Assembly (NCBI GenBank): GCA_963695095.1
Contig: CAVOFT010000001.1
Location: 2,912,001 to 2,976,000, forward strand
Origin: an uncultured bacterium
GTDB taxonomy: Bacteria; Krumholzibacteriota; Krumholzibacteriia; JACNKJ01
DNA length: 64,000 bases
Direction of reading: 5' to 3'
Each line of letters starts with the position of its first letter. Position 1 is the stretch's first letter. Shown here piece after piece: positions 62,684-64,000 of the stretch. The notes below the pieces were generated by a model. The model worked only from the letters and a program-made list of their open reading frames with translations. It was not told where the DNA came from and did not search any database. The translations under genes were made by a program, and so were the position numbers.

Positions 62684-63821
62684 GGGCCGCTTGCCGCGGC
62701 CCCCGTTTTCATTGCGGACTTCGGGCGTGGAGGCAGTGCGGTCGGTCCCTGCCGAGAGCTTGGTCCGTGCACTTACCCTGACCTCAGAGGCGGGAAGCGG
62801 CGCGCCGACGCTGGTTCCGCGCCAGCGGCCCGACTCGCGACGGCGGCTATTCCAGCATTCATGCCTACGCCGAGGCCGTGCTGGGCTTCGGGCAGGCGAA
62901 GACCTATCAGTTCATCCGCCTCGCCGAGGCGCTGGACGGCCTACCCAAGCTGCGAGCGTGCGTCGAGGCCGGCGAGATGCCCTGGACCAAGGCCCGCAGC
63001 GTGGCGGCGGTCGCCACGCCCGTCCGGCCAGGGCAACCTGCTGGCACCTGCCGCCGAGCGGGCGACCGCCGCCGAGCCGCTGCCTGCCCCTGCCCCGCAG
63101 CCCGCCCCCGCGCCGAAGGTGCAGGTCAGCTTCGCGCTCGAGCCGGAGCAGCACGCCCGCTGGCTGGCCATCCTCGAGCGCCTGCGCAAGCAAGGCTACG
63201 CCGAGGCCAAGGGCGAGCTGCTGCTGGCTGCGTTCGCTGCCCTGGCCGAGGCGGAGTGTAGGCGTGTACAAAACGAGGCCGAGTGTACACGTGTACAAAA
63301 CGAGCCCCCGTATCAGGTCGTGATCTACCGCTGTGAGGCCTGCGGCGAGGCCCGCCTGCCGGGCGGGCGCTCCCTGGCGCCGTCGGTAGCCGCGCAGGCG
63401 GCCTGCGACTGCCGCACGCAGCGGGAAGACGCGCCCAACCGGGCATCGATCCCGCCGTCTCTTCGACGGCAAGTGCTTGCGCGCAACGGCCACCGTTGCC
63501 AGGCGCCGGGCTGCCGAGCAACGCGCTTCCTGGAGGTGCATCACCGGGAGCCACGCCGGCGGGGCGGGCGCAATAGCACGGCGAACCTGATCACCCTCTG
63601 CGCAGCCTGTCACCGCCTGCTGCACGAAAGCGGCGCTGGGCTTGCCGCCGCCCTACCCGCAGCGGCCCTGCCGGCCGCGGCCTTGCCGAAGCCCGGCTGA
63701 TCGACGCTGACCGGGATCCGCATCCCGACAAGGCCTCTGGCCTGAGCCAGCGGAGGCGCTGCTGCGCATTCCCTCCAAGAGATCACGGCAGCCCCTTGAG
63801 GGCCGCTTGCCGCGGCCCCCG
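62684..63821. repeat. 22-bp direct repeat flanking the HNH gene
   Basis: GGGCCGCTTGCCGCGGCCCCCG at 62684-62705 and 63800-63821; the first copy is part of the hairpin after pruA. Confidence 0.8.
62840..63700 (+). pseudogene. Degraded HNH endonuclease gene
   Basis: GYSSIHAYAEAVLGFG...LPKL...GEMPWTKAR, a frame change near 63030, then CEAC...VLARNGHRCQAPGC...LEVHH...GGRN...NLITLCAACHRLLH. No clean 5' end. Confidence 0.75.
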
Positions 63822-63859
63822 CTTCTTCTGTAGGCTTGGCAGTGGCGGAGGTGAAACCG

Positions 63860-64000
63860 ATGCGCGGATCTCTGTGGCTGTTCGCTGTGGCGCTGCTCTT
63901 CGCCGGCCTCGCCTGCGATGAAGACCCGGCCGGTCCGCCGGCGGGCCCGCCGCCGGGCATCGTCGGCACGGTGCTGGACGCCGACGGCCTGCCCGTGGCC
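63860..64000 (+). CDS. Lipoprotein, N-terminal part (runs off the window)
   Basis: GGAGG RBS; MRGSLWLFAVALLFAGLAC lipobox; GIVGTVLDADGLPVA resembles a carboxypeptidase-regulatory-like domain. Confidence 0.7.
   Translation, partial: MRGSLWLFAVALLFAGLACDEDPAGPPAGPPPGIVGTVLDADGLPVA

Noticed and set aside
63251..63304. 27-bp tandem repeat as a CRISPR array
   Set aside because: Only two adjacent units, no spacers, no cas genes, and in frame within the HNH gene.

Overview
Very GC-rich bacterial DNA. The gene content (many secreted proteins with YPNPFNP-type FlgD-Ig/T9SS-like C-terminal domains) suggests an FCB-group candidate lineage such as Krumholzibacteriota, Latescibacterota or Eisenbacteria; that assignment is inference only. 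Many genes carry single-base frameshifts, most likely long-read errors. In order, the window holds: a DtxR/MntR-FeoA regulator divergent from a RAPP-leader/outer-membrane barrel/ZnuA/ZnuB metal-uptake operon; rlmI; a Mn/Fe SOD; a butyrate kinase-phosphate butyryltransferase fusion; a tail-fibre-like protein with a small CTD partner; a gingipain-like C25 protease; four paralogous lipoproteins; two tandem GAPDH genes, the first lacking the catalytic Cys; a copper cluster (tolC-cusB-cusA-DUF2231-HMBD protein-cytochrome c-copA) with a sigma54 promoter beside an NtrC-type two-component system; NYN-yitJ-metH-VOC; a probable secreted Omp28-like selenoprotein; a PPAD-like deiminase; a ThiF enzyme; four tandem beta-helix proteins; pruA; and a degraded HNH gene. 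Strongest leads: (1) a short C-terminal motif [ST][WFI][GS]x[VI]KxxY on about nine secreted proteins from several unrelated families, alternating with the long CTD as a candidate sorting signal; (2) a UxxC selenoprotein with a SECIS-like hairpin; (3) a His-rich RAPP leader peptide; (4) a GAPDH pseudoenzyme; (5) CACGTG-centred palindromes linked to the HNH gene. No rRNA, tRNA or CRISPR array was seen.
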